32,000 nt of DNA, from positions 450,001 to 482,000 of the forward strand of contig JBAZYG010000001.1 of the NCBI GenBank assembly GCA_041659445.1, given 5' to 3'. The notes below the pieces were generated by a model that ran no database searches, had not been told where the DNA came from, and saw nothing but the letters and a program-made list of their open reading frames with translations. Source of the stretch: Candidatus Saccharimonadota bacterium. Lineage in GTDB: Archaea > Nanobdellota > Nanobdellia > Pacearchaeales > GW2011-AR1. Below, piece by piece: positions 1 to 8,646 of the stretch (positions are counted from its first letter, which is position 1; each line of letters begins with the position of its first letter). A program made the position numbers and the translations under genes.

Positions 1-94
1 TAGAAATTATTGAAATTGCCCTTCTTGTTTTTGGATCAAAGTAATCTGTGGATAAACTTGAGGTAAACCTATAACATTTTATTTTTTCTGTCAT
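1..94 (-). CDS. Partial CDS (5' end only, runs off the window); hypothetical protein
   Basis: A minus-strand ATG at 94..92 opens the frame MTEKIKCYRFTSSLSTDYFDPKTRRAISIIS, with no stop before position 1. The start lies 1 nt after the TGA of the upstream TrmB-like gene (TGA-A-ATG-ACA), the junction type recurring across the window. Confidence 0.35.
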   Translation of the reverse strand, partial: MTEKIKCYRFTSSLSTDYFDPKTRRAISIIS

Positions 95-95
95 T

Positions 96-872
96 TCACT
101 CACCTATTGTTTTTTCGAATAATGTTGCAAAAGCTTCTGCGAAAAATTCTGAGTTAAGCCAGATTGCCACATCATCTTTTCCTTTTTCTTTAGATAAGTA
201 AAATAAAATTTCTTTTCTGTCGATTATGAAGAATTTAGCGTCGACATTTGTTCTTGCTATTTTTAATTTAAGTTTGTTCTCTACTTGACTTATTAAAAAT
301 TCTTCTCCTGAAAGAGCCATTTTCACTTTGATTTTTCCTTTTTTCAAAATGTCCATTGTTTCCATGAAAAGTCCTAACTTAAGTTTGATTTCTTCAGCAT
401 TAGTACAAATTATTACTTCTTTTTCAGCATTTTCAAGAATTTCTCTTAAATAATTTGTAATGTTTGATTTTCCTCTTAATGCTGCTGAGAGATCTTCTCT
501 TTTAACAGGATTAATTCCAACAGTGTATAATTCTTCTAAATTTACAAATTCTTCTGTTGATTGAATATTAGATAATGATTGAATTCTGTCTTCTGCATCT
601 TTTCTAACATTGTTTTTTAATTTTTCAAGAATTATTTTTGGTTTTACTCCAAGATATTTTACAGGTTTTCCTAATTTTACAATTGCAAATCCTTTTTTTT
701 CAAGACTTTCTAATACATCATAAGTTCTTGATCTTGGAACTCCGGAAATTGATGCAATTTCTCCTGCAGATGCGCTTCCTTTTCCAAGCAAAGCTAACCA
801 AACTTTTGTTTCATAAATATTCAAATCAAAGTAATCTTTGATTTTCGCAATAAGATCTTGTTTTAATATCAT
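96..872 (-). CDS. TrmB-family transcriptional regulator (N-terminal winged HTH plus C-terminal TrmB-type domain)
   Basis: The 258-aa ORF has an N-terminus (NIYETKVWLALLGKGSASAGEIASISGVPRSRTYDVLESLEKKGF) that matches the TrmB wHTH pattern. Its start overlaps the stop of the upstream gene (ATGA). Confidence 0.85.
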   Translation of the reverse strand: MILKQDLIAKIKDYFDLNIYETKVWLALLGKGSASAGEIASISGVPRSRTYDVLESLEKKGFAIVKLGKPVKYLGVKPKIILEKLKNNVRKDAEDRIQSLSNIQSTEEFVNLEELYTVGINPVKREDLSAALRGKSNITNYLREILENAEKEVIICTNAEEIKLKLGLFMETMDILKKGKIKVKMALSGEEFLISQVENKLKLKIARTNVDAKFFIIDRKEILFYLSKEKGKDDVAIWLNSEFFAEAFATLFEKTIGE

Positions 873-1237
873 TTTTTATTTCTCCTTTTAAGATTTAATT
901 TATTCTTTTCAATTTCAAAAGAGTATTTAACAGGTGTTCCAGGAGTATGATTTCCAGATTTATCTGTACGGGTTATTTGTGCTTGAGTTTCATAATTTCC
1001 AGTTATGATTAATGAAACATTATCCTCGTATTTTATAGGTACAACTTTAATTTTACTAAAATAAACATTATATCTAGATAATCCTGAAAGTTCATTCCTT
1101 AATTCTATATCTGGAAACCCAATAGTTTCTATATCTATTCCATTTGCTTTTAAAAAGGGTTTAATTTCATCTGCACTAAACCATTCGGGATTTAATTTTT
1201 CTTTAAATTTATTTATTAAATTTTGTAATTGTTTCAT
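869..1237 (-). CDS. Hypothetical protein (122 aa), middle gene of the TrmB operon
   Basis: Clean ATG-started ORF joined to the upstream gene by TAA-A-ATG and to the downstream gene by an ATGA overlap. No motif recognised. Confidence 0.6.
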   Translation of the reverse strand: MKQLQNLINKFKEKLNPEWFSADEIKPFLKANGIDIETIGFPDIELRNELSGLSRYNVYFSKIKVVPIKYEDNVSLIITGNYETQAQITRTDKSGNHTPGTPVKYSFEIEKNKLNLKRRNKK

Positions 1238-1238
1238 T

Positions 1239-1718
1239 TTATTTTTTGCCCCCTATCTTTTCAAATTTATCTATACCTTCAGCTGTTTCTTTATTTAATT
1301 GCTCAATTTTTATATGTGATAATTTCTTTGATATCCCGCTAGCAAGGTCATGAATTTTTGAATATTCGTATAATAAATCTGAACTTACATCAATTCCTTT
1401 TTTATTATAATTAGAAGGTAAATATTTTATTTGCTTTTTGTTATTTGAAGTTTCACTGTCTACCCATTTTTCTTCACTTTCTCCAACATCAAGACTATAT
1501 TTTTTTATATATTTTGTCCGTAAATTAAAGAAAAGATTTGTGAAAGCATTAACATATCTAAAACTTCCATAATCTTGAGTTAATATTTTTGCATTTTCTT
1601 CCTCTTTGTAATAAGTCAAAACAGTTTTACATCTAAATAAATCTTCTTCAAATTCGTCATTGAACTTTCTAGATAAAACTTCGATTTCAGATAAAAAATC
1701 TTTTTTTTGTTTTTCCAT
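1239..1718 (-). CDS. Hypothetical protein (159 aa from ATG 1718; the ORF extends to a GTG at 1784)
   Basis: The tracked 181-aa ORF begins at a GTG (1784). The first ATG (MEKQKKDF, 1718) lies 30 nt downstream of a TTTATAAA box at 1741-1748, the same spacing seen at other first genes. No motif recognised. Confidence 0.55.
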   Translation of the reverse strand: MEKQKKDFLSEIEVLSRKFNDEFEEDLFRCKTVLTYYKEEENAKILTQDYGSFRYVNAFTNLFFNLRTKYIKKYSLDVGESEEKWVDSETSNNKKQIKYLPSNYNKKGIDVSSDLLYEYSKIHDLASGISKKLSHIKIEQLNKETAEGIDKFEKIGGKK

Positions 1719-1740
1719 TAATTTACTACGTGTCAGTGAC

Positions 1741-1748
1741 TTTATAAA
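1741..1748 (-). promoter_or_regulatory. TATA-like box (palindromic TTTATAAA) for the 1718 start
   Basis: The 8-mer lies 30 nt upstream of the minus-strand ATG at 1718. The AT-rich background makes chance matches common. Confidence 0.35.
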
Positions 1749-1794
1749 TGTTTCGATTGTGTTGTTTCTTATAAGTGGGTACACTTTAGAAAAG

Positions 1795-1802
1795 TTTATA
1801 AA
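1795..1802 (+). promoter_or_regulatory. TATA-like box (TTTATAAA) for the 1824 gene
   Basis: The 8-mer begins 29 nt upstream of ATG 1824, and no SD-like GGAGG lies between them, so the mRNA is probably leaderless. Confidence 0.4.
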
Positions 1803-1823
1803 GAACTAGAAATAGAATAAGAT

Positions 1824-2279
1824 ATGAAAAATTTATTTAACACTAAAAAAAACAGAGAACATAAAAAAATACTTTATGCACTAATGAAATCTAACTCAGA
1901 TGTTAGATTTGTAGATAGAGGTAAAACTTATATGGGTAAGATTAAAAAATTAACAGATAATGAAATAATTTTAAAACCTTATTTAACTATGGAACCTTTT
2001 CCAGGTCCAAGAGGTTATATTGATAGAATTAGAATGGAAGAGGAAATAGGCGTAGCTCTTCCTATAACAGCACAAGTTGAAAGATTAGGAGAAAATTATA
2101 TTATAGAATTTATGTTATCATCAAATTATTTTCAATGGAAAACACTTAAAAATACACCCTTAGAAAAGGTAGCATTTAAAGGAGGTTATCCTTTTCCAAA
2201 TGAAGAGGGTATAAAATTTCTTGAGGGAAAATCAGAAAAAGAAAGTCCAAAAAATAAAATAGGTTTTCAATTTTATTAA
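1824..2279 (+). CDS. Hypothetical protein (151 aa)
   Basis: ATG-started ORF with its own TATA-like box. It is convergent with the protease gene and their stops overlap (TTAA). No motif recognised. Confidence 0.6.
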   Translation: MKNLFNTKKNREHKKILYALMKSNSDVRFVDRGKTYMGKIKKLTDNEIILKPYLTMEPFPGPRGYIDRIRMEEEIGVALPITAQVERLGENYIIEFMLSSNYFQWKTLKNTPLEKVAFKGGYPFPNEEGIKFLEGKSEKESPKNKIGFQFY

Positions 2280-3184
2280 AAAATCAAATAACTAATTCCT
2301 ATTGCTAAGAAAATTCCTGCAGAAATAAATGGCATTGCTGGATAGAATTTATTCTTCTTTGAAATTAAAAATAAAAATCCCAACCCTAAAACAGCTCCGA
2401 TTATAACCAAAATTGCAGGTATAAAATTTGGAGAAAATGCTTTTAACATTACACCTGAAGCAATTATTGGAAATACAACATCGCCTCCTCCTAAAATTGC
2501 AGCACTTACTTTTATTTCTTTTTTTACGAATTTTGAATTCTGGTTTTTGATTTTTAATTTTTTAATTTTATCTCTTTGTTGCTTAGTTAGATATGGAATT
2601 AAAAATCCTGAAAAAACTTTTAACTGGTCCATTTGGTATTTTGCCATTTTTTGCATAATTCCTGATTTCCAAACAGCCCACATATCATAAAGTGAAATTA
2701 AAACTAATAACAAAATCAAATAAAACACATTTAAAATAGGAACAAAAATTGCAGCAATTCCAGGATAAATTAATAATTCAGAAAGATTGTGAGAAATTAA
2801 ATTTCTTGAATAAACTTTGCTTAATGCAATTGGAAGTGCAAACAAAAGTGCAATGAAAGACATCAACCTATATTCAGTTGAAAAATTAAAAAGTATTGAA
2901 CTAAATGAAACTCCTAATGCAATTAATACAACTACAAAAAACCAAAGTCTCAAGAAAAATCTTGATTTAAATTTTGTTAATAAAAAAACCAAAGAAATTG
3001 CAATCACAAATGCTATTAATATTGAGATAAACGCAGGAGCATAACTTTGTTCAACAGGTTGCGAATAACCTAAACCATAAGGCAATTCATGATTAAAATA
3101 AAACCCAACAACAAATAATCCAATAAACTGGGTTATAATAAACATAACTAAAATAATTGCAGTTACTTTTAATGTGTGTTTCAT
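2276..3184 (-). CDS. Presenilin/signal-peptide-peptidase-like intramembrane aspartyl protease (A22 family, archaeal PSH type)
   Basis: 302-aa polytopic membrane protein carrying the three hallmark motifs in the correct order: YD (SLYDMWAVW), GxGD (LGGGDVVFP) and a PAL-like motif (YPAMPFISAG). Confidence 0.8.
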   Translation of the reverse strand: MKHTLKVTAIILVMFIITQFIGLFVVGFYFNHELPYGLGYSQPVEQSYAPAFISILIAFVIAISLVFLLTKFKSRFFLRLWFFVVVLIALGVSFSSILFNFSTEYRLMSFIALLFALPIALSKVYSRNLISHNLSELLIYPGIAAIFVPILNVFYLILLLVLISLYDMWAVWKSGIMQKMAKYQMDQLKVFSGFLIPYLTKQQRDKIKKLKIKNQNSKFVKKEIKVSAAILGGGDVVFPIIASGVMLKAFSPNFIPAILVIIGAVLGLGFLFLISKKNKFYPAMPFISAGIFLAIGISYLIF

Positions 3185-3192
3185 CTTCTCTT

Positions 3193-3477
3193 TTATTTTT
3201 TATTTTTGTAAATTATTTTATAAAAATCTTTGTAAGTCAAACCTTGAACAAAGATTCCTATTAATATTCCATAAATAAAATAATTATAGTATTTAAAAGC
3301 TATTAATATTATTAAAATTGCTAATGAAATAATCCAATGATGAATATGGATTTTATAATTTTTAAAATTAAATTTTAATGAACCTAAAATTCCTTTTTCA
3401 CCAGATTTTTTTCCAGATAATAAATAAGCAAAAATAAATCCTAAAACAAACCCTATTATAAAATAAGGATAATCCAT
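3193..3477 (-). CDS. Small membrane protein (94 aa, about 3 hydrophobic helices), function unknown
   Basis: Hydrophobic segments FIIGFVLGFIFAYLL, WIISLAILIILIAF and YGILIGIFVQGL, with a conserved-looking HIHHW. It lies between aCPSF1 and the protease gene on the same strand. Confidence 0.6.
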   Translation of the reverse strand: MDYPYFIIGFVLGFIFAYLLSGKKSGEKGILGSLKFNFKNYKIHIHHWIISLAILIILIAFKYYNYFIYGILIGIFVQGLTYKDFYKIIYKNKK

Positions 3478-3484
3478 ATTATTT

Positions 3485-5371
3485 TTATTTCAATCTCAAA
3501 GTTTCTAATCCTCTTGGAACATTTGTTTCTACTTTATTAAGTTTATACAACGAAGAAGCTAAATCTAAACATTTTGAAACTTCACCGTGATTGACAATTA
3601 TTCTTTTTGCTTTAGGTTTTAAATTATTGAAAAAAGATAAAATTTCATTTCTTCCTGCATGTGCTGTGAATCCTGTGACTGTTGTGACTTCTAAATTTAT
3701 TTTTACAGTTTCTTCTCTTCCGTCGACAATCATTCTTGTTTCTTTTGTTCCTTCTTGAACTAATCTTCCTAAAGAACCAACACCTTGATAACATACAAAA
3801 ACAATTGCATTGTTTGGATTACTTGCGAATTCTCTGAGATATTCTACTGACGCTCCTCCAACTAACATACCTGAAGTAGCGAGAACAACGCACGGGCCTC
3901 CTTCAACAACTGCTTTTCTTTCTGCAGGAGAACCAACTCTTGAGAAAATATCTGAAGTGAAAGGATTTTGGTCTTGAAAAATTTGCGCACGAACTTTGTT
4001 TGATAAAAAATCAGGATATGCTGTATGAATTGCATTAATATCCCAAATCATTCCGTCGATATAAATTGGAATTTTTGATAATTTTCCTGTTCTTATTGCA
4101 TCTTCTAAAACAAGCATTGTTTCTTGTGCTCTTCCCAAACCCAATTCTGGAATTAAAACTTTTCCTCCTCTATCAATTGCTTTTTTAACTGCATCTAAAA
4201 AATCTTCTTCTGATTTTTCTCTTGGAGGTAAAACATCTCCTTTTGCACCATAAGTTGATTCAGTAATAACAGATTCTATTCTTGGATAAGTTGTAACTGC
4301 TGGATCTAAAAGACGAGATTTTCCGTATTTGTAATCTCCTGTATAAAGTAAATTGTGTAATCCATTTCCGATGTTTAAATGAACTAACGCACTTCCTAAA
4401 CAATGTCCTGAATTATAAAAAGTAATTCTTACGTCGGGTGTAATATCTGTGACTTCATTGTAATTCAAACACACAGAATTTTTTACCATTTCTTTTATAT
4501 CTGAAGAACCAAAAATTGGAGCTTCTGCTTGTTTGTAAGCCACACCTATAAAATCTAATGCTAACAAAGCAGCAATATCTCTTGTAGGAGTTGTCATGTA
4601 AACTGGTCCTGTATAACCCATTTTATACAAATAAGGAAGTAATCCGACGTGGTCCAAGTGTGCGTGACTAATTATAACTGCATCTAATTCATTTATATTA
4701 AATTCAGGAATATTAAAAACTGGAAAACGATCTTTTCCTGAAGAAGCAACATCTATTCCACAATCCATTAAAATTTTTGAAGTTTGCGTTTGCAAAAGCA
4801 TACAACTTCTTCCAACTTGTCTTGCTCCTCCTAAAAAAGTTAGTCTAACCCAACCATCCATTTTTTCAGGATTCCACTCTTGGTAAATTTTTTTTCCAAT
4901 TTGGTCTAAAAATTTTCTTCTATGAGAATTATTTGCATAGAGAACACTTCGAATATTTTCTGTAATTTGTGATTTTATTGCAGGGGATCTTTGAACTTGA
5001 GGAGACCACAAAGTTTCTTTTTTCACTTCGTCTAAAATTGAACCTTGTTTTCCAATAACCATTCCTGGTCTTTTTGCTTCAATTGTTACAATACTTCTGT
5101 TTGGTTCAAAAATAATTTCTGTAATTTCTGCTTCTTCTGGAATAAGTTCTCTAATTTTTTTCTGAGTTTTTTCTTCACTTAATAAAATTTTTGAATCTGC
5201 TCTTAATTCAATTCTTTTTTTAAAATCATTCACCAATTCTTTTATTTTTCCTTCACCTGTTTTGAAAAAATCCTCGTCAAGTGTGTAAAGAACTATATTT
5301 GCTCCTTCAAAATTTGCTTCTTTAACTTTTCCGTGCAATCTGTCAATTATACTTTTTAAGATGTCAACCAT
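3485..5371 (-). CDS. fttA: aCPSF1 / FttA: KH-domain beta-CASP metallo-beta-lactamase ribonuclease (archaeal transcription termination factor)
   Basis: 628 aa. It has N-terminal KH-type domains (VIGKQGSILDEVKKET), then a metallo-beta-lactamase HxHxDH motif (SHAHLDHVG) and a beta-CASP region. Length and architecture are typical of aCPSF1. Confidence 0.92.
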   Translation of the reverse strand: MVDILKSIIDRLHGKVKEANFEGANIVLYTLDEDFFKTGEGKIKELVNDFKKRIELRADSKILLSEEKTQKKIRELIPEEAEITEIIFEPNRSIVTIEAKRPGMVIGKQGSILDEVKKETLWSPQVQRSPAIKSQITENIRSVLYANNSHRRKFLDQIGKKIYQEWNPEKMDGWVRLTFLGGARQVGRSCMLLQTQTSKILMDCGIDVASSGKDRFPVFNIPEFNINELDAVIISHAHLDHVGLLPYLYKMGYTGPVYMTTPTRDIAALLALDFIGVAYKQAEAPIFGSSDIKEMVKNSVCLNYNEVTDITPDVRITFYNSGHCLGSALVHLNIGNGLHNLLYTGDYKYGKSRLLDPAVTTYPRIESVITESTYGAKGDVLPPREKSEEDFLDAVKKAIDRGGKVLIPELGLGRAQETMLVLEDAIRTGKLSKIPIYIDGMIWDINAIHTAYPDFLSNKVRAQIFQDQNPFTSDIFSRVGSPAERKAVVEGGPCVVLATSGMLVGGASVEYLREFASNPNNAIVFVCYQGVGSLGRLVQEGTKETRMIVDGREETVKINLEVTTVTGFTAHAGRNEILSFFNNLKPKAKRIIVNHGEVSKCLDLASSLYKLNKVETNVPRGLETLRLK

Positions 5372-5397
5372 TTTAGATTTATTAAATAAACATGAAA

Positions 5398-6081
5398 TTA
5401 TTCATCCTTGTAATCAGGTAAAATTCCTTGTGAAACCACTTTTTTAATTCCCTCTTTAGTTATTGTAAAAACATCAATTCCATAACCACTTCCTAAATCT
5501 CTTTGTGTTGAAGATTTTAAAGCTTCTTTTGCTAATTCAATTCCTTCTTTAACTGTTAACCCTTTTTTATATTGTCTTTCTAATAATCCTAAAACATAAG
5601 GCATACCGCTTCCAAAATTTGCATCATAATCTTCTACTTTATAAATTCCGCCAGCTGGCTCTATAGTATATAATTCTACTGAACCATCTTCATTAAACCC
5701 TCCAATCAAATTTCCTACAATATGTGGAATCATTGATGGTTGTCTTATTGAAGAGTATAACATAGTAGATAATAATCCTGCGGATTGTTTCACTGTAGGT
5801 CTAAACTTTGAACGCAATTCTTTAAGTTTTAACTCTGCAGGCAATAATTTTGCAACTCTTTGAGCATCAGCAACACTTCCTGTAAAAGATAATAATAAAT
5901 AATCGTTAATTTGAACTGTTTTTCTAAAATTCTTATCCATTACTAAATTTCCTGCAGTAACTTGTCTATCAGAAGCCATTACAACTCCGTCTTTGCAAAC
6001 AATTCCTAAAATAGTTGTTCCTGTTTTCAAGATTGATTTTTTTAATTCTTCGTCCATTTTAGATTTATTTTCTATATACAT
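5398..6081 (-). CDS. psmB: Proteasome beta subunit with propeptide
   Basis: 227 aa. The motif LKTG/TTILGIVCKDGVVMASDRQ has the catalytic Thr following a short propeptide, in a typical Ntn-hydrolase proteasome beta sequence. Confidence 0.92.
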   Translation of the reverse strand: MYIENKSKMDEELKKSILKTGTTILGIVCKDGVVMASDRQVTAGNLVMDKNFRKTVQINDYLLLSFTGSVADAQRVAKLLPAELKLKELRSKFRPTVKQSAGLLSTMLYSSIRQPSMIPHIVGNLIGGFNEDGSVELYTIEPAGGIYKVEDYDANFGSGMPYVLGLLERQYKKGLTVKEGIELAKEALKSSTQRDLGSGYGIDVFTITKEGIKKVVSQGILPDYKDE

Positions 6082-6188
6082 AGAATGATTTGATAATTAT
6101 AATTTCTTTAAATAAGATTATTTTATAAATGTTTTGGTTTGTGGGATTTTTTGGAAGGAAATTAATTATACGGAAATTATTTTAGAGG

Positions 6189-6485
6189 TTATATAGCGTG
6201 ATGAGTTTCCTTTAGCATTATTTTAAGACGCATTAATTGTTTTTGAGATAATTTAGAAACTAATCCTCTATCTTTATTATAAATCTCTCCTGTAAATACA
6301 TTAACTTTATCCCCATTTTCTTTATCGTGTCCGTGTGGGGTGCTTGGAAAAGTATCTTTATCATTTAAATTAAATCTCCAAATTCTCCCACTTGTTTTAA
6401 CTTCATGTAATTTAACCAATATTTTTCCATCCAGAGAAATATCATTATCGTCATTAGGGATATAAATTGTAAATTCTTTTTCCAT
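6189..6485 (-). CDS. Hypothetical protein (98 aa), stand-alone gene
   Basis: ATG ORF flanked by gaps of about 110 bp on both sides, with a TATA-like TAATTTAAAAA about 27 nt upstream. Contains STPHGHDKENGD. No family recognised. Confidence 0.5.
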   Translation of the reverse strand: MEKEFTIYIPNDDNDISLDGKILVKLHEVKTSGRIWRFNLNDKDTFPSTPHGHDKENGDKVNVFTGEIYNKDRGLVSKLSQKQLMRLKIMLKETHHAI

Positions 6486-6597
6486 TCTAAATCAAAATAA
6501 AAATCATTTTTAAATTATTCACTATAAAGTATATAATTTACTTTCCCTCACATCACCACTAATATTTATTAAACATCCATAGTTAAATATTTTTCTC

Positions 6598-8646
6598 TTA
6601 AACAACTCTCTTACTAACTTGGTTTTCTTTTTTGAATTTAATAACATTTTCAACAAATCCTTCAATTTTTTGTTCATGACTAACTATAATTAATTGCTTT
6701 ATTTTTAATTGGTCTAAAACTTCACGCATTTTGTCTAATTGAGTATCACTAAATCCATCTGTTGGTTCGTCGAGAATTACTAAATCTTTTGTTTTAATTT
6801 TGCTCATCAAAGAATTTATAACTTGATTCAATGCAAGACGATAAGCCAACGCAATGGCTGTTCTTTCTCCGCCTGAAAGGTAAGAATAATCTAATTCATA
6901 ATCTTGCTGTTCTATTATTGGTGTGAAATTCTCGTCCAAACGAACATTAAAATTATCAGAAACAAGCATTGAAAACCATTCTTTTAAGAGATTTGAAAAT
7001 TCATTTCTCAAAGTAATCATAACATTTTTTTCAATAAATGAAACCAAAGGAACAAATTTTTTAGAAATCCAATTTTCTAATTCTGTAATATAATCAAGCT
7101 GAGACTTTGTTTCTTGAGTTTTTTGAATACGTTCTTTAATAAATTCTATTTGTCGTATAGATAATTCAATTTCCTTTTTCAATTCTGCTACTTTTATATC
7201 AAATAATCTTTCTTCTCTTAAAGCCTCGCTGAGTTCATTTATTTTCAACTCATAAATTTTCTCATACTTTGAAAAAGACAAAACAACATTGTTTAATTCT
7301 TGTAAATGATTTTCCAAGAAAGAAATATCTTTTTCAAAATCTATATTCAAATTATTCAATTCTTCTAATCTTATTTTTTTGTCTTTAAGTGATTCTAATC
7401 TCATTTTTTGTATTTTTAATTCTGTCAAATCTTTTTCTTTTAAATGAGTTTGATAATCTATTTCTCTTATTTTACTGAAAATTTCTTGCTTCTTTAAATT
7501 TAATTCTTCTATTTTATTTTTATTTTTAGAAATATCATTATGAGTTTTATTTAAAACATTTGAACGATAAACAGAATCAACAGTTTGAAGACAAGTTGGA
7601 CAAACATCTAAATTAGACATTTTTCTATGAAGAGAGTCTAATTCTTCATTTTTTAAGTTTAAATTTGCTAACTCACCAATAATTTCAACTCTTTCTAAAT
7701 CTAATTTCTCTTCTGATTTTTTTAATAATGAAATTTCTTTTTCTAATTCCATTATTTTTGAATTATCGAATTGAAATTTTTCAAATTCTGCAATTTCTTT
7801 TTTAAGGTTTACAATCAATTTCTGATTGTTATTGAATGAGTCTCTTTTAGACAAAATCATGATTCTTGTTTTTTCAATTTCTCTCGAGAAATTGGATTTT
7901 TCTTCTACTTTACTAAAGGTTTCTTCTTTTTCTTTTTCAATTCTTTTTCTTTTATCTATTCTGAAAGACAATTCTTTTGTCAATCCAACAAGATTAAATT
8001 TCATTTGTTCAATTTCTTTTTCTCTTGAAATTAAATTTAATTTATCTTCTTCTAAATTAGAAATCATTGCTTCTTTTACTTTTTTTTCTTCTCTTAATTT
8101 TAAAGAAACAACTGAAATATTTTCTAAAACTTTCTTGTATTTGTCTACTCCAAAAACATGTCTTAAGGTGTTAATTCTTGTTTCAGCGTCTTGCAAAATA
8201 ATCTGTTTCATTTCTTCTTGAGGAGTATAAACAGTAAATTTATACAAGAGATTTTGTTTTTTTGCAAATTCCTTTGAATAATCCAACAATTCCAAAATTT
8301 TGCTCTTTAATTCTGTAACAGATAATTCTTTTTTTTCACCGTTAATTGTTATAGAAGCATATTCTTGTGAAATGGATTTTCCTCTTTTAAGTGTTCTCTC
8401 GACAGTAATTTCGTTTTCTTCTACTACAAAATCCATAATTACTCTTCCTTCATTTTTTCCATTTCTTAACAAAAAAGAACCTCTTTGCCCGGGTTGCAAT
8501 CCAAATAATGCAAATTCAATTGCTAAAAGAATGGATGTTTTTCCACAACCAATGTCTCCAGATAAAAGAGTTGAACCTTCTGGAAAAACTATTTCTTCGT
8601 TTTCATAACTTCTTATATTCTCTAATATTACTTTTTTTATTATCAT
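6598..8646 (-). CDS. rad50: Rad50 ATPase (short-coiled-coil form, 682 aa)
   Basis: Walker A (LSGDIGCGKTSILLAIEFALFG), central zinc hook CPTC (DVCPTCLQ, about nt 7590-7601), ABC signature LSGGE and Walker B (LVILDEPTDGF). The start abuts the mre11 stop (TAAATG). Confidence 0.9.
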   Translation of the reverse strand: MIIKKVILENIRSYENEEIVFPEGSTLLSGDIGCGKTSILLAIEFALFGLQPGQRGSFLLRNGKNEGRVIMDFVVEENEITVERTLKRGKSISQEYASITINGEKKELSVTELKSKILELLDYSKEFAKKQNLLYKFTVYTPQEEMKQIILQDAETRINTLRHVFGVDKYKKVLENISVVSLKLREEKKVKEAMISNLEEDKLNLISREKEIEQMKFNLVGLTKELSFRIDKRKRIEKEKEETFSKVEEKSNFSREIEKTRIMILSKRDSFNNNQKLIVNLKKEIAEFEKFQFDNSKIMELEKEISLLKKSEEKLDLERVEIIGELANLNLKNEELDSLHRKMSNLDVCPTCLQTVDSVYRSNVLNKTHNDISKNKNKIEELNLKKQEIFSKIREIDYQTHLKEKDLTELKIQKMRLESLKDKKIRLEELNNLNIDFEKDISFLENHLQELNNVVLSFSKYEKIYELKINELSEALREERLFDIKVAELKKEIELSIRQIEFIKERIQKTQETKSQLDYITELENWISKKFVPLVSFIEKNVMITLRNEFSNLLKEWFSMLVSDNFNVRLDENFTPIIEQQDYELDYSYLSGGERTAIALAYRLALNQVINSLMSKIKTKDLVILDEPTDGFSDTQLDKMREVLDQLKIKQLIIVSHEQKIEGFVENVIKFKKENQVSKRVV

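Noticed and set aside
1719-1784. Longer N-terminal extensions in the track: a GTG start at 1784, a TTG start at 14100, a TTG start at 16455, and ATG 21698 for psmA.
   Set aside because: The first three use non-ATG codons. A nearby ATG fits the TATA spacing or the TAA-A-ATG junction better, and for Pop5 and PsmA it also fits the homology. The psmA extension (43 K/N-rich residues) overlaps the previous gene and has no alpha-subunit counterpart. This remains uncertain without TSS data.
6199-6262. Possible C/D-box sRNA: GTGATGA (a C-box-like heptamer) at 6199-6205.
   Set aside because: It lies inside the 3' end of the 98-aa CDS region. No CTGA D box occurs at the expected 50-60 nt distance, and there is no terminal stem.
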